64,000 bases of DNA from Betaproteobacteria bacterium (GCA_050260395.1 JBLNCC010000063.1:76-64075), one strand, 5' to 3'; counted from the stretch's first letter, positions 45,527 to 55,827 are shown. A program made the numbers and translations. Notes: generated by a model not told the origin, from the letters alone.

Positions 45527-46347
45527 CGTATACGTACCCAGGACAGACACAGCCGGCGCTCAGTGACATATCTCTCAGCATAGAGTCGGGCGAATTGTGC
45601 TGCCTTGTCGGCGCGAACGGAGCGGGCAAGTCCACGCTGTGTTGCGCGATCGCCGGGTTCGTGCCCCACTTCTACAAGGGAGAGATGTATGGCTCCGTGG
45701 TGGTGGGAGGGGTCGACACCGTCCAGAGTTCCATCGGCGACATTGCGCGGCGCGTAGGCATCGTATTCCAGGACCCATTCGACCAGATCACCGGAGCCAC
45801 GCTCACCGTGTTTGCGGAAGTGGCATTCGGCCTTGAAAACCTGGGTGTCCCGAGGCAGGAGACAATCCGCCGCGTCGAGGACGCCCTCCGAAAGGTCGGC
45901 CTATGGGACCTGCGCGCCCGCTCGCCGCTGGAGTTGTCCGGCGGACAGCAGCAGAGGCTTGCCATCGCCTCCGTGCTCGCGATGGACCCGCCCATAATCG
46001 TGCTGGACGAGGCCACGTCCCAGTTGGACCCCGCAGGCACACGCGAGATATGGTGGATCATCGCCGCGCTTCATGCGGCCGGCAAGACTCTCCTCGTGGC
46101 GGAGCACAAACTGGAATACGTCGCGCGCCATGCATCGAAAGTCGTGCTTCTCCACAAGGGAAGGGCGGTGGCATGCGGCAGCCCGGGAGACGTGTTCGCG
46201 AGGGACGACCTCGCAACGTGGGGCGTGAGAAGGCCGCGCTTCATGGAGCTGATGAGCCGGCTTGCGCGTGAGGGGCTCTGGCAGGGCGAGATGCCCTTGA
46301 CCCTTGAGGACGCCGCCTCCGCGTTGAAGGATGTGGCACGGACATGA
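45487..46347 (+). CDS. ecfA: ECF transporter ATPase component 1
   Basis: Walker A GANGAGKST, signature LSGGQQQRL, Walker B IIVLDEAT. The start is uncertain (ATG 45487 preferred over 45451); it overlaps the ecfT end. Confidence 0.88.
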   Translation: MEVCVLDIVIDSLTYTYPGQTQPALSDISLSIESGELCCLVGANGAGKSTLCCAIAGFVPHFYKGEMYGSVVVGGVDTVQSSIGDIARRVGIVFQDPFDQITGATLTVFAEVAFGLENLGVPRQETIRRVEDALRKVGLWDLRARSPLELSGGQQQRLAIASVLAMDPPIIVLDEATSQLDPAGTREIWWIIAALHAAGKTLLVAEHKLEYVARHASKVVLLHKGRAVACGSPGDVFARDDLATWGVRRPRFMELMSRLAREGLWQGEMPLTLEDAASALKDVART

Positions 46348-47279
46348 AGATGAGCGCGCAGAGCGACCGGGACAAGTCCGAAGCCACCGAAGTAGCCGCC
46401 GAAGCCGCCGCGGGCATCGTCCTCGACGATGTGCGGTTCGAGTATCCAGGCGGTGTGGAGGCGCTCCGCGGCGTATCGCTCCGGATCGGCAGGCGAGAAA
46501 CCGTCGCGATCGTGGGCGAAAACGGGGCCGGCAAGACAACCCTTGTGAAGCACCTCAACGGTCTATTGAAGCCTACATCGGGTTCCGTCACGGTAGACGG
46601 CGTCGACACCCGCACGACGACGGTGGCGTCCATGGCGCGCCTCGTGGGGTTCGTGTTCCAGAACCCGGACGACCAGTTGTTCCAGAACCAGGTAGCGCGC
46701 GAGGTGGCGTTCGGCCCGCGCAACCTCGGCTACCCCAGCGAGCGGGTCGAAGATCTCGTGAAGTGGGCGGTCGAGCAAGTCGAGATCTCGGACCTGCTCC
46801 CAAGGCATCCGTATGACCTCGGTCTCGCCCAGCGCAAGCTGGTGGCCATCGCGTCCGTCGTGGCAATGGACACGCCTTACATCGTCCTCGACGAGCCCAC
46901 GACGGGGCAAGACCATCCCGGCACTGAAAAGCTGGGCAGGCTCGTCGCCAGGCTGACCGGCGCAGGCAAGACGGTCATAGCCATAACTCACGACATGGAA
47001 TTCGCCTCATCACACTTCGCTCGCATCATCGTCATGGCCCAGGGCCAGGTCATCCTCGACGGGGCACCACACGAGGTGTTCTCGCGCCCGGCGGATCTCG
47101 AGAAGGCCGCCGTGGAAGCTCCTCAGATCGCGCGTCTCGGGGAGCTGCTCGGGCTGGACGAGTGCGTGCTCAACGAGGAGGACTTCCTTCGTGCTTTCTC
47201 TCGGGCGCTCGCGCGTGATAGAAGCGGATGTGACGGGGGCGGGACTGAAATGAGGTCGAGTGAGCTCGCCTGTGAGTGA
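46344..47279 (+). CDS. ecfA: ECF transporter ATPase component 2
   Basis: Walker A GENGAGKTT, Walker B YIVLDEPT, degenerate signature (LGLAQRKL). ATGA overlap with the upstream ATPase gene. Confidence 0.88.
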   Translation: MKMSAQSDRDKSEATEVAAEAAAGIVLDDVRFEYPGGVEALRGVSLRIGRRETVAIVGENGAGKTTLVKHLNGLLKPTSGSVTVDGVDTRTTTVASMARLVGFVFQNPDDQLFQNQVAREVAFGPRNLGYPSERVEDLVKWAVEQVEISDLLPRHPYDLGLAQRKLVAIASVVAMDTPYIVLDEPTTGQDHPGTEKLGRLVARLTGAGKTVIAITHDMEFASSHFARIIVMAQGQVILDGAPHEVFSRPADLEKAAVEAPQIARLGELLGLDECVLNEEDFLRAFSRALARDRSGCDGGGTEMRSSELACE

Positions 47280-47360
47280 AAGCGTGCGGGGATGAGGTCC
47301 CTGTAGACGCTACGTATTAGGACGGACAGGCTAGACAGGTTAGGACGGAGGCGTGGGACG

Positions 47361-48122
47361 GTGTCGAAACAGCCACACGTACAGCCACACATACAATGCG
47401 GCCCCGGGGACACAACCCCTTACGTGTTGCTCCCGGGAGATCCTGCCAGAGTTAGACGGATCGCCGAAATGCTTGAAAACGCGCGGGAGGTCGCGTTCAA
47501 CCGCGAGTTCCTGACGATGGTGGGAGAGTACAAGGGCATCGGCGTGACGGTGACGTCAACCGGATGCGGCGCACCTTCGATGGGCATCGCGATCGAGGAA
47601 CACGCACGCCTCGGGGCGCGCGTGGCCATTAGGGTGGGAAGCTGCGGGGCGTTGCAGCCCGGAATGGGCCTCGGCGACCTCGTGGTAGCCATAGCCGCGG
47701 CCCGATGCGATGGCACCACCGCTTTGTACGCTGACCCCGCGTTTCCCGCGGTCGCGGACTTGGACGTAACGACCGCTCTCAGCAGCGAGGCGCGAAAGAC
47801 GGGGGCGCGCGTCCATATCGGCCCCGTCCACTCTCATGACTCTTTCTACGTGGACAACTATCAAGAGATCCGCCAACATTGGAGCAGGCTCGGTCTGGTG
47901 GCGTCCGACATGGAGACGGGCGCGCTCTTCGTCATCGGGCGCATCCGCGGGCTCAGGACCGGCTCGATCCTGAACGTCGTGGTTACTGCGGAAGGTCATA
48001 CCGATGAGGGCATAGCCCAGTTCCAACGGGGGGAAGAGGCGACAAGGCGCGGCGAGCGCAACTCCATCGCCGCTGCCCTCGAAGCCTTGCGCGTGGCGGC
48101 GGGCAGGCCCCAGCAGGCGTGA
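47361..48122 (+). CDS. PNP/UDP family 1 nucleoside phosphorylase, second paralogue
   Basis: LLPGDPARVRRIAE, STGCGAPSM and RVGSCGAL motifs. GTG start with GGAGG 10 nt upstream. Confidence 0.88.
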   Translation: MSKQPHVQPHIQCGPGDTTPYVLLPGDPARVRRIAEMLENAREVAFNREFLTMVGEYKGIGVTVTSTGCGAPSMGIAIEEHARLGARVAIRVGSCGALQPGMGLGDLVVAIAAARCDGTTALYADPAFPAVADLDVTTALSSEARKTGARVHIGPVHSHDSFYVDNYQEIRQHWSRLGLVASDMETGALFVIGRIRGLRTGSILNVVVTAEGHTDEGIAQFQRGEEATRRGERNSIAAALEALRVAAGRPQQA

Positions 48123-48266
48123 CACCAGGGTTTCCCACCGCGGTGCCTAGCCCAGCGTGGCATCCCTACACCCTGCCTCGCGCATTCGAATTGAGGGCGT
48201 GCCACAGCAGCGGGGGGCTGTACCGCCGCACCGCTTTCGGTTGTGCGGTCACCGCTGACGTGCGCG

Positions 48267-49691
48267 TCATGGATTCTTCTGAATGTGGGCGAGGGTCTCG
48301 CCGTGACTCTCCAGATACTCATCAAGAATGCGCCGGGCGAGCTTGGGTGATGGAACGAGGGGGTGGGCGGCCAAGGCCCGCCACGCAGTCTTGTAAGACC
48401 CTTGTACAGCGGCCTCTATGGTAAGTCGCTCATACTCCCCGACAACCTGCATGAGTCCAAGGCTGTCAGCGGGGACAGTCCCGACAGTCAGCGCGTGTGG
48501 GCCGTTCCCATCGACAAGACAGGGAACTTCCACGACCTGGCTTTGACCGAGTCCCGTGATCGCGCCCATATTGCGCGTATTGAGCACCATCACGCACGTG
48601 GAATTTCGGGCTATGGAGCGCATTAGCTCAAGCGCAATCTGGCCGTAGCCACCGTCTTCGCGGGGTACTAACGCTTCCCCTGCGTCATTGGTGGCATCAT
48701 CATGCGAACCCGCTTCTCCGGAAACGGGTGCAGTAGTCTCAACTTTCATGTACATCTGTTGACGGAGCTCGATATATCGGTTGTAGACCTCCAACGCCCT
48801 CGCAGGATCACGGGCGACGCGAGCTTCCTCGAGCCTCTTCATCAAGTCGCTTGTTGTCCTGAGGAGGAACTGCGCTCTCGTTTCTCCCGCCGCCTTCACG
48901 TTGGCGACAGCCTGCCGGTTACAGTAATAATAGTAAAGGTACTCGTTGGGGATCATGCCGAGGGACTCCAAGACATCTGCCCCAAACAGCCTCGCTTCCT
49001 CAAGGTCTCGAAGCCGCCTGCACACACCCGATTCGCGGAGCCGCGCGAATAGGTTCTTCAGGAGCTCCCGACCGCGAACATAGACTCCCCTCAGCCAGCC
49101 AAGATGATTGAGGCCGAAGTAGTCGAAGAATGCCTCAGACATGTCGACCTCCAGAAGGCCTGCAACCCTGCGAAACAACGCACTAGGACTGTCGCACACG
49201 CCTATAACTCGGTCTGTTCCACCGTACGATATGGCCGCCTGCGTGATCATTCCCGAAGGGTTCGTAAAGTTGATGAACCATGCTTCCGGCGCGACCTCGC
49301 ACATCATCCTTACGTACTTCAGGACGACCGGAATCGTTCGCAAGCCCATACAGAACCCGCCCGGGCCCGTGGTCTCCTGACCTAAGACCCCGTACCTGAG
49401 CGGCACGGTTTCATCTATCACTCTTCCCTGTAACCCGCCAACCCGGATCGCGCTAACGATGAAATCGGCCCCAGCAAGGGCTCGGGATGGGTCTGTAGAA
49501 AGTGACACTTTGATGGGTGATGCCGACCGTGCGACGATTTCTCCAACCAAAAACCCGATAACATTAAGTCTATGCTCGTCTACGTCCATAAGCACTAACT
49601 CGTCCACTGGCACGTCACGAGAGAGATCGATGATGCCCTGCACGAACATGGGGATCCTGATTCCTGCTCCCCCAAGTACAGTTACTTTCAT
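48267..49691 (-). CDS. glycoside hydrolase family 4 (NAD/Mn-dependent glycosidase)
   Basis: MKVTVLGGAGIRIP Rossmann N-terminus, GVCDSP region, 474 aa. GGGAGGG RBS. Confidence 0.88.
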   Translation of the reverse strand: MKVTVLGGAGIRIPMFVQGIIDLSRDVPVDELVLMDVDEHRLNVIGFLVGEIVARSASPIKVSLSTDPSRALAGADFIVSAIRVGGLQGRVIDETVPLRYGVLGQETTGPGGFCMGLRTIPVVLKYVRMMCEVAPEAWFINFTNPSGMITQAAISYGGTDRVIGVCDSPSALFRRVAGLLEVDMSEAFFDYFGLNHLGWLRGVYVRGRELLKNLFARLRESGVCRRLRDLEEARLFGADVLESLGMIPNEYLYYYYCNRQAVANVKAAGETRAQFLLRTTSDLMKRLEEARVARDPARALEVYNRYIELRQQMYMKVETTAPVSGEAGSHDDATNDAGEALVPREDGGYGQIALELMRSIARNSTCVMVLNTRNMGAITGLGQSQVVEVPCLVDGNGPHALTVGTVPADSLGLMQVVGEYERLTIEAAVQGSYKTAWRALAAHPLVPSPKLARRILDEYLESHGETLAHIQKNP

Positions 49692-49694
49692 CCG

Positions 49695-50630
49695 CTACGC
49701 CCTCCCTACTTTCTGGGACCCACACAGATCCGGCGCTACCCGGCTAATGTCCTCCCACCGAGGCGCAGAACGGCCTCCCCCAACACCTTGAGTGGAAAGC
49801 CCGCCACAAACATTGGCAAGTTTGAGGCTCTTCGCGACGGGCCATCCCCTTAGACAGCCATACAGCAGTCCTGCCGCAAAGACATCGCCTGCCCCGGTCG
49901 TGTCGACGGCACTGACCTCGATGGCGTGCTCCTCCACGAATTGCCCATCGTGAAGCGCAATGGCTCCTTTAGAGCCGAGTTTCACTACAGCAAGCCGTAC
50001 CCAACGACCGAGTTCGTCCAGGGCTTTCCTTGCGTCACACGTACCGACCAGACAGCAGGCTTCCGACTCGTTAGGCATGAAGATATCGGCAAATGGCAGG
50101 AGATCAAAGACTCGCCTGGGATCATGGGTCGTATCCCATCCCATGTCAAGAGCTACCTTAACACCCATGCCTTGGATGCGCACAAGCTGGTCCGCAGTTA
50201 CGTCAGAAGCACTTGCAAGTATGTACCGGGCGTGTTCAATAGCCTCAAAGTCCCGCTCGCAATCGAGGACGCGCTTGCCGGGAGACGGTGTTGGATAAGT
50301 GATGAAACACCTGTCGTGAGGCAATGACACTGAAACCGTCACTGCGGTGGGCTCGTCATCAGCCAAACGCACGTGGCTGACATTCACGCCTTCTTTCTCA
50401 AGCTCGGCATAAAGCTCTCCGCCAAGAGGTTCCCGCCCGATTGTCGAAATGAGGCCCACTTTCAAACCAAGCCTCGAGAGCGCAATTGCGCTATTCGCGC
50501 CGAGTCCGCCTGCGCAGAGGGCAAAGCCCTCAGAATAAACCTCCTGCCCGGGACCGGGCATTGCCCGCAATCCAGTAAATACCAAGTCACAAAACACGGT
50601 TGCTGAGATGACTGCAACATCAAGATCCAA
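49695..50630 (-). CDS. PfkB-family carbohydrate kinase
   Basis: DTTGAGDVFAAG signature and GGLGANSA motif. TTG start with GGAGG 9 nt upstream. Confidence 0.88.
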   Translation of the reverse strand: MDLDVAVISATVFCDLVFTGLRAMPGPGQEVYSEGFALCAGGLGANSAIALSRLGLKVGLISTIGREPLGGELYAELEKEGVNVSHVRLADDEPTAVTVSVSLPHDRCFITYPTPSPGKRVLDCERDFEAIEHARYILASASDVTADQLVRIQGMGVKVALDMGWDTTHDPRRVFDLLPFADIFMPNESEACCLVGTCDARKALDELGRWVRLAVVKLGSKGAIALHDGQFVEEHAIEVSAVDTTGAGDVFAAGLLYGCLRGWPVAKSLKLANVCGGLSTQGVGGGRSAPRWEDISRVAPDLCGSQKVGRA

Positions 50631-50743
50631 GCCTGGAGGCCTCCGAACTTATTGTAATACCGTCGGATAGCTTACTCTCAGTGGTTGGCCCAGGACTATA
50701 TGAGCATACCAGCAGACCGCCCACCTAGCGTGGGAGACGCGTT

Positions 50744-51598
50744 TCACCGCCCCCCCAACCCCGTGAGGGTGATCCCCCGGACAAAGCTTCTCTGGCTCAA
50801 CATGAACAAAACGAGCATCGGCAGCAAAGCAAGGACTGCTCCAGCCATTAGCAACGTCCACTCAGTGTTGTACTGACCTTGAAGTGTTCGCAAGCCAACA
50901 GTCAAGGTATTCATCTCTACGCTGTTGGTGACAATCAGAGGCCAAAGAAAGCTATTCCACTGACCCACAAAGGCAAACACCGCCAGGGCGCTGATCGCGG
51001 GCTTGGACAGCGGCAGAATGACGCGTGAGTATACGCCAAAGTAGGTGCACCCGTCAATGCGCGCTGCCTCCTCCAGCTCTCTTGGAATCGTAAGGAAGAA
51101 CTGGCGCAACATGAACGTCCCGAAGGCAGAGAACGCGTTTGGAAGGATCAGCGCTTGGTACGTGTCAATCCATCGCAAGTATCGCATGATTATGAAGTTC
51201 GGGATTATGGTCACCTGGCCAGGCACCATGAGCGTCGCTAGATAGCCCAAAAAGAGCGTGTCGCGCCCAGGAAATCTTAATCGCGCGAAAGCGTATGCCG
51301 CCATGGAGCATGTCACCAATTGCAGAAGCGTCGCCGACGTAGCCACAAAGAAGCTGTTCAGGTAGAACCGGCTAAACGGGATTACCTCGAAAATGCGTTT
51401 GTAGCTACCGACATCAATGGGGTGAGGCACCCATTGCGGTGGGTATGCGAAGACTGCACCCGGCCGCTTGAGAGATGTCGATACCATCCACAAGAATGGC
51501 ATGATCATTACAATCGAGAGGCATATCATAACGATCACGATAAGCAATCGACCGAAAACGGCCCTTGCCCGTGCCTTCTTCGCGCTTGTGCCGCGCAC
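50744..51598 (-). CDS. carbohydrate ABC transporter permease
   Basis: EAA loop (LEEAARIDGCTYF); 284 aa with about 6 TM segments. Confidence 0.9.
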   Translation of the reverse strand: MRGTSAKKARARAVFGRLLIVIVMICLSIVMIMPFLWMVSTSLKRPGAVFAYPPQWVPHPIDVGSYKRIFEVIPFSRFYLNSFFVATSATLLQLVTCSMAAYAFARLRFPGRDTLFLGYLATLMVPGQVTIIPNFIIMRYLRWIDTYQALILPNAFSAFGTFMLRQFFLTIPRELEEAARIDGCTYFGVYSRVILPLSKPAISALAVFAFVGQWNSFLWPLIVTNSVEMNTLTVGLRTLQGQYNTEWTLLMAGAVLALLPMLVLFMLSQRSFVRGITLTGLGGR

Positions 51599-51632
51599 CG
51601 CCTGTGCCCCCCGTTCACTGTCTCAAGAATAA

Positions 51633-52550
51633 TCAAAGATCGTAGGTAACCCAACTTTTTTGAAATCTGAATTGGAGCAGCGTAACCACGAAGATGATGA
51701 GGAACAGTACCCACGCTACAGCCGCAGCATACCCCATCTTAAAGAACTGAAAGCCGCAACGGTATATGTAATACACGATAGTATTCGTTGCATTCGCGGG
51801 CCCACCTTCGGTCATGATGGCCGCGAGGTCAAATACCTGGAACGAACCGATCGTGGTCATTACTAGTACAAAGAACATCGTAGGTGACAACAACGGCAAG
51901 GTGATGTATCGGAACTGACTCCATGAACCCGCTCCGTCTATGCGTGCAGCTTCGTAAAGTTGCTGAGGAATTCCCTGAAGTCCGGCAAGGAAGATCACCA
52001 TGTTGAATCCTATCCCTTGCCAGACGCTCACAATCATGAGGGCAGGCAGAGCCCAGGTCGTGCTTGTCAGCCACTTTGGCGGGTCAGTGACACCCAGCAT
52101 ATAGAGAATCATGTTGAGAACGCCGAAGTCTGCGTTGAAAATCCATCTCCATACGAGGGCGATGGCGACAGTGGACGAGATCGTCGGAAGAAAGAACGCC
52201 GTCCGGAACCCGACCTCGCCCGGCAGCCTTTGGTTCAAAGCTACCGCAACCGCAAGAGCTAACGCTGCCTGGACGGGCACCGTCCCAAGAGTGTAGCACA
52301 CAGTATTCCTGAGGACTTTGCGGAACGTTGGGTCGTCCGTGAACAGCGTGATATAGTTCTGAACTCCGACCCACTTCGGGCTTGTGATAAGGCTCCAGTC
52401 AGAGAAGCTCAGGAGCAGCGCCGCAATCACCGGTAAGAAGGTGAACATCAAGAACCCTACGAAGTTGGGAGTCAGGAAAAGGTATCCGGCCCGCCATTCC
52501 CGCTTCTGGATCTCGGACGGACGCGCCGCGTCTCCATGCCGCCTCGTCAC
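51633..52550 (-). CDS. carbohydrate ABC transporter permease
   Basis: EAA loop (LYEAARIDGAGSW); 305 aa; GTG start. Confidence 0.9.
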   Translation of the reverse strand: MTRRHGDAARPSEIQKREWRAGYLFLTPNFVGFLMFTFLPVIAALLLSFSDWSLITSPKWVGVQNYITLFTDDPTFRKVLRNTVCYTLGTVPVQAALALAVAVALNQRLPGEVGFRTAFFLPTISSTVAIALVWRWIFNADFGVLNMILYMLGVTDPPKWLTSTTWALPALMIVSVWQGIGFNMVIFLAGLQGIPQQLYEAARIDGAGSWSQFRYITLPLLSPTMFFVLVMTTIGSFQVFDLAAIMTEGGPANATNTIVYYIYRCGFQFFKMGYAAAVAWVLFLIIFVVTLLQFRFQKSWVTYDL

Positions 52551-52552
52551 AG

Positions 52553-53434
52553 CTATAACCCCTCTTCGCAGCGGAATATCCTGCGCGCATTGCCATAGAA
52601 TACCTTTTCCTTCTCCGCCTCTGTCATCCCAACGTCGTCGAACACCCGATTCCAGCTCTGTATATTCTCCTTTAGACGGCGCAGGTCGCAGTCGGACCCG
52701 TACACGAGTTTCTCCGGCCGAATCTCACGCATCAGGTACCGGCCTTCCACAATGTGCCGCTGAACAACGTCGCCCCCGGATACGTCGAAGAACACACGCG
52801 GCCGCCACCTTGCCACGGCACACGCCGTGATGTAATCCGGCCAGCCCAGATGAGCACCGATGATGGACAGCTCTGGGAAGTAGTAAGCGATTGTGTCGAG
52901 GTAGATGGGTTGCATTCTCGCAGATGAAACCCCGTACCCTGATCGCCGTGCGCGTCGCCTGAGATCCGCTAAGAGCGTGGCCTCCTTATCCGGAGCAGGT
53001 GGCGCCTTATCAGCGTCCTCTTTATTCCCGAGAAGGTAGTCCACTGGGCCGCCGATCACACCGGTGTGGAAGAGTATCGGCATTCCGTGGGCCTCCGCTA
53101 GTTCATAGAAGCGGAAATAAGCCTCATCATCGTAGTTACGCTTTGGGCAGATAAGTTTCAGACCAGAAAAGCCGCGCTGGTAGTACTCAACAACTGTTTC
53201 AGGGTGGTCAGCATCCAGGTTGACCATGGCCATCCCGTATATGAAGCCCGGGTACTTTTCCACCGCCTTGGCGACCGCAGCATTACCTTCCCCTGGCCAC
53301 CCCAAAAGCGCAACTTTCACGACTCCCGCCTCTTGGCACGTCGACACCATCCGGTCCAACCATTCGCTTTGTGAGCCGCGCTCTCCGATTCTTCCCCACC
53401 AACCGTAATGTACGTGGACGTCGAATACCTTCAT
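52553..53434 (-). CDS. amidohydrolase-2 (PF04909-like) TIM-barrel hydrolase
   Basis: N-terminal MKVFDVHVHYG metal motif. Start moved to ATG 53434 (GGAGGGA RBS). Confidence 0.82.
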   Translation of the reverse strand: MKVFDVHVHYGWWGRIGERGSQSEWLDRMVSTCQEAGVVKVALLGWPGEGNAAVAKAVEKYPGFIYGMAMVNLDADHPETVVEYYQRGFSGLKLICPKRNYDDEAYFRFYELAEAHGMPILFHTGVIGGPVDYLLGNKEDADKAPPAPDKEATLLADLRRRARRSGYGVSSARMQPIYLDTIAYYFPELSIIGAHLGWPDYITACAVARWRPRVFFDVSGGDVVQRHIVEGRYLMREIRPEKLVYGSDCDLRRLKENIQSWNRVFDDVGMTEAEKEKVFYGNARRIFRCEEGL

Positions 53435-53544
53435 CAGCCGTCCCTCCTCCGGAATCAGTGGCTCCGAGCCGCTCACGGACCCGCGGGCCGGGATGGAAAC
53501 CGCCACATTACGAGCGGTTTCCATCCCGGCAGCGCAACCGGGCT

Positions 53545-54825
53545 CTACTTACGAGAATCGATCATCTTCTGGACGTCGTCTGCTATTTCATCTAGAGCCG
53601 CCTTTGCGCTGGTCTCGCCGATGAAGACCCGGTCGAGTGTCGGATCGACGAGCACGGTGGAAATCTCCGCCCAACCTGAGAAGAACGGGAACAGCCGCCC
53701 TTGCTCCGTTTCTGTCAGGAAGACATTCTTGTGGGCTGGAGTCTTGTCAGCGAGGAACGCAGCCGCTGTCTCTGGACAACGGTATGCAGGAACCGCAACA
53801 CCGGTACTAGCGAAGATCGTCTGTCCCTCGCGGCCGCACAAGAACTTCAGGAACTCCCATGCTTCCTTTTTGTGCTTCGATGTCGAAGACATCACGTATC
53901 CCGCGCCCCCCATGCTGTTGGCCCGAATGCCCGTCGGGCCTGCTGGCAACGGAGCCACGTCCCACGCGAAGCCTGCATCTTTGAACGTCGGGATACGCGC
54001 TGCATTGGTCATCACCATGGCAACCCGACCCGTGAGGAAGAGCTGGGTCGTGTCCCCCATCTGCTTCATATCCACAAAGCTCGGGGCCACTTTGTGGACG
54101 TTGATGAGGTCGGCCATGAATTGAATCCCTTCGACGGCCTTGGGTTCATTGAGAAGGAATTTGGTCGGCTCGAGAGGATCATCGACGACACTGCCGCCGT
54201 TTTGGTAGACAAACAATGGGTACTTGTTGAACTCAAGCGCCACACCGTATTGGATCACCCGGCCGCGTGTGTCCGTCTTGGTCAGCTTTTTTGCGGCTTC
54301 AAGGAAGTTGCTCCATCGCCATGTCTCATCAGGATACTTCACACCCGCCGCATCGAAAAGGCTCTTGTTGTAATAGAGAACCGTCGTATCATTGTCGCGA
54401 GGGAAACCGTAAACATGGCCACGATACATGAACGTGCGCATTAGTTCGGGGTAGAATCCTGATATATCGAAACCCGACCCCTTTATGTAGGAATCCAGGT
54501 TCTCAAGCACTCCACGCGAGGCATAGCTCGGAATGTTGTTCAGGAACATGACATCGGGCGCAGTCTGTCCCGCCATTTGAGTCTGAATCTTGTCAAAGTA
54601 GCTACTCCATGGACTATGCTGCACGACAATCTTTATGTCAGGATGGGTTGCTTCAAACGCCTTGATGACTTCATAGTTAGGAGGCAGCTCGCCGGGATCC
54701 CCCCAGAACGACCACACGATCTCGACAGGAGCAGCTGCGAAACCCGGAATACTCACACATATCGTTGCAAGCGTCGACAAAACCACAAGCACCAACCAGA
54801 CGCGCAACCTCCATGCACATTTCAC
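53545..54825 (-). CDS. ABC transporter extracellular solute-binding protein (family 1)
   Basis: Signal peptide plus a sugar-SBP-like body (VEIVWSFWGDPGE...). GTG start with an AAGGAAGGGGTG RBS. Confidence 0.9.
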   Translation of the reverse strand: MKCAWRLRVWLVLVVLSTLATICVSIPGFAAAPVEIVWSFWGDPGELPPNYEVIKAFEATHPDIKIVVQHSPWSSYFDKIQTQMAGQTAPDVMFLNNIPSYASRGVLENLDSYIKGSGFDISGFYPELMRTFMYRGHVYGFPRDNDTTVLYYNKSLFDAAGVKYPDETWRWSNFLEAAKKLTKTDTRGRVIQYGVALEFNKYPLFVYQNGGSVVDDPLEPTKFLLNEPKAVEGIQFMADLINVHKVAPSFVDMKQMGDTTQLFLTGRVAMVMTNAARIPTFKDAGFAWDVAPLPAGPTGIRANSMGGAGYVMSSTSKHKKEAWEFLKFLCGREGQTIFASTGVAVPAYRCPETAAAFLADKTPAHKNVFLTETEQGRLFPFFSGWAEISTVLVDPTLDRVFIGETSAKAALDEIADDVQKMIDSRK

Positions 54826-54998
54826 GGTCGCGGCACCCCTTCCTTTAGCGGTTTCTCACTGGCATCAGAACCTTATCCGTGCTGCTACTCCTGATCCTTC
54901 GTGCTCTTATGTCTAGCCCACTCGAACACACCACCTCCTCCCGCATGAAAACCATCTTGTGGAATCGTTCCGGGCCAAGGGTCCTCCGACACATACCG

Positions 54999-55766
54999 TT
55001 ACACGCGTATCCGGAACTTGTATCTGTCGCTGCGATAGTAGTTTTGGCATGCAAGTATCGGCTCATCTTTCGGTGTATAGTAGACCTCTTCAATAAGGAG
55101 AAGTGGCATGTTGGTTGGTACATGAAGCAGGTTAGCTACGTAAGAGCTTGGAACGATGGACTGCACCGATAGGTCCGAATACCCGAACACGACCCCTCTT
55201 TTGGTACGTAGATACTCAAAAAGAGATTCGGGGAAGGTCTCACAGGAAACGTCGTCACCGATGACGTCTCCAGGCACTCGGTCGATAGTGTATATCATTG
55301 GCTCACCGTCCGCCGTCCGAACACGTTTTATGACCGCCACCGGCGATCCCAACGGCACTTTGAGAACCCGAGCAAGGTTCGCGTCCGCGGGCTCCCAATC
55401 CATGGACAGGTATGCTGTGCCGGGAGTAAGTCCCATCTCTCTGATCGTGTCAGTGAAGCCCTTGTTCCGGGATTGCCCTGAACTGAGGGTGAACTGCGGC
55501 TTCTTCGCAAACGTGCCTCTCCCTTGCGCCTTGCTAACCAGACCGTCGCGTTCCAAGGCACTTAAAGCTTCCCGTACGGTCGCCCGACTCACACCGAACA
55601 TGCGGGTCAACTGGGCCTCCGAAGGAAGCTTTTCCTCCGATGGCAGACGCTCGGACAGAATACCCTCGCGGATCGCCTCGGCCACCCTCAAGTAAAGTGG
55701 GCGCGGATCGTCTTTGATCTTTGCCACGGAACCCTCATCCGCCACCGGGTCATCCACGGATATCAC
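54999..55766 (-). CDS. GntR-family regulator, HutC subfamily (UTRA domain)
   Basis: wHTH LPSEAQLTRMFGVSRATVREALSALERDGLV plus a UTRA-like C-domain. The start may be GTG 55757 (GAGGTGA RBS). Confidence 0.88.
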   Translation of the reverse strand: MISVDDPVADEGSVAKIKDDPRPLYLRVAEAIREGILSERLPSEEKLPSEAQLTRMFGVSRATVREALSALERDGLVSKAQGRGTFAKKPQFTLSSGQSRNKGFTDTIREMGLTPGTAYLSMDWEPADANLARVLKVPLGSPVAVIKRVRTADGEPMIYTIDRVPGDVIGDDVSCETFPESLFEYLRTKRGVVFGYSDLSVQSIVPSSYVANLLHVPTNMPLLLIEEVYYTPKDEPILACQNYYRSDRYKFRIRV

Positions 55767-55798
55767 CTCATATCAGTCGTCTGACGTCTTGCAAGTAC

Positions 55799-55827
55799 AC
55801 TTTAGCAACGCGGCTAAGACTTGTCAA
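55799..55827 (-). promoter_or_regulatory. sigma-A-type promoter candidate for the GntR gene
   Basis: Minus strand reads TTGACA-17 nt-TAAAGT, followed by palindromes CTTGCAAG and CGTC-A-GACG (minus-strand reading) before the start codon. Confidence 0.5.
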
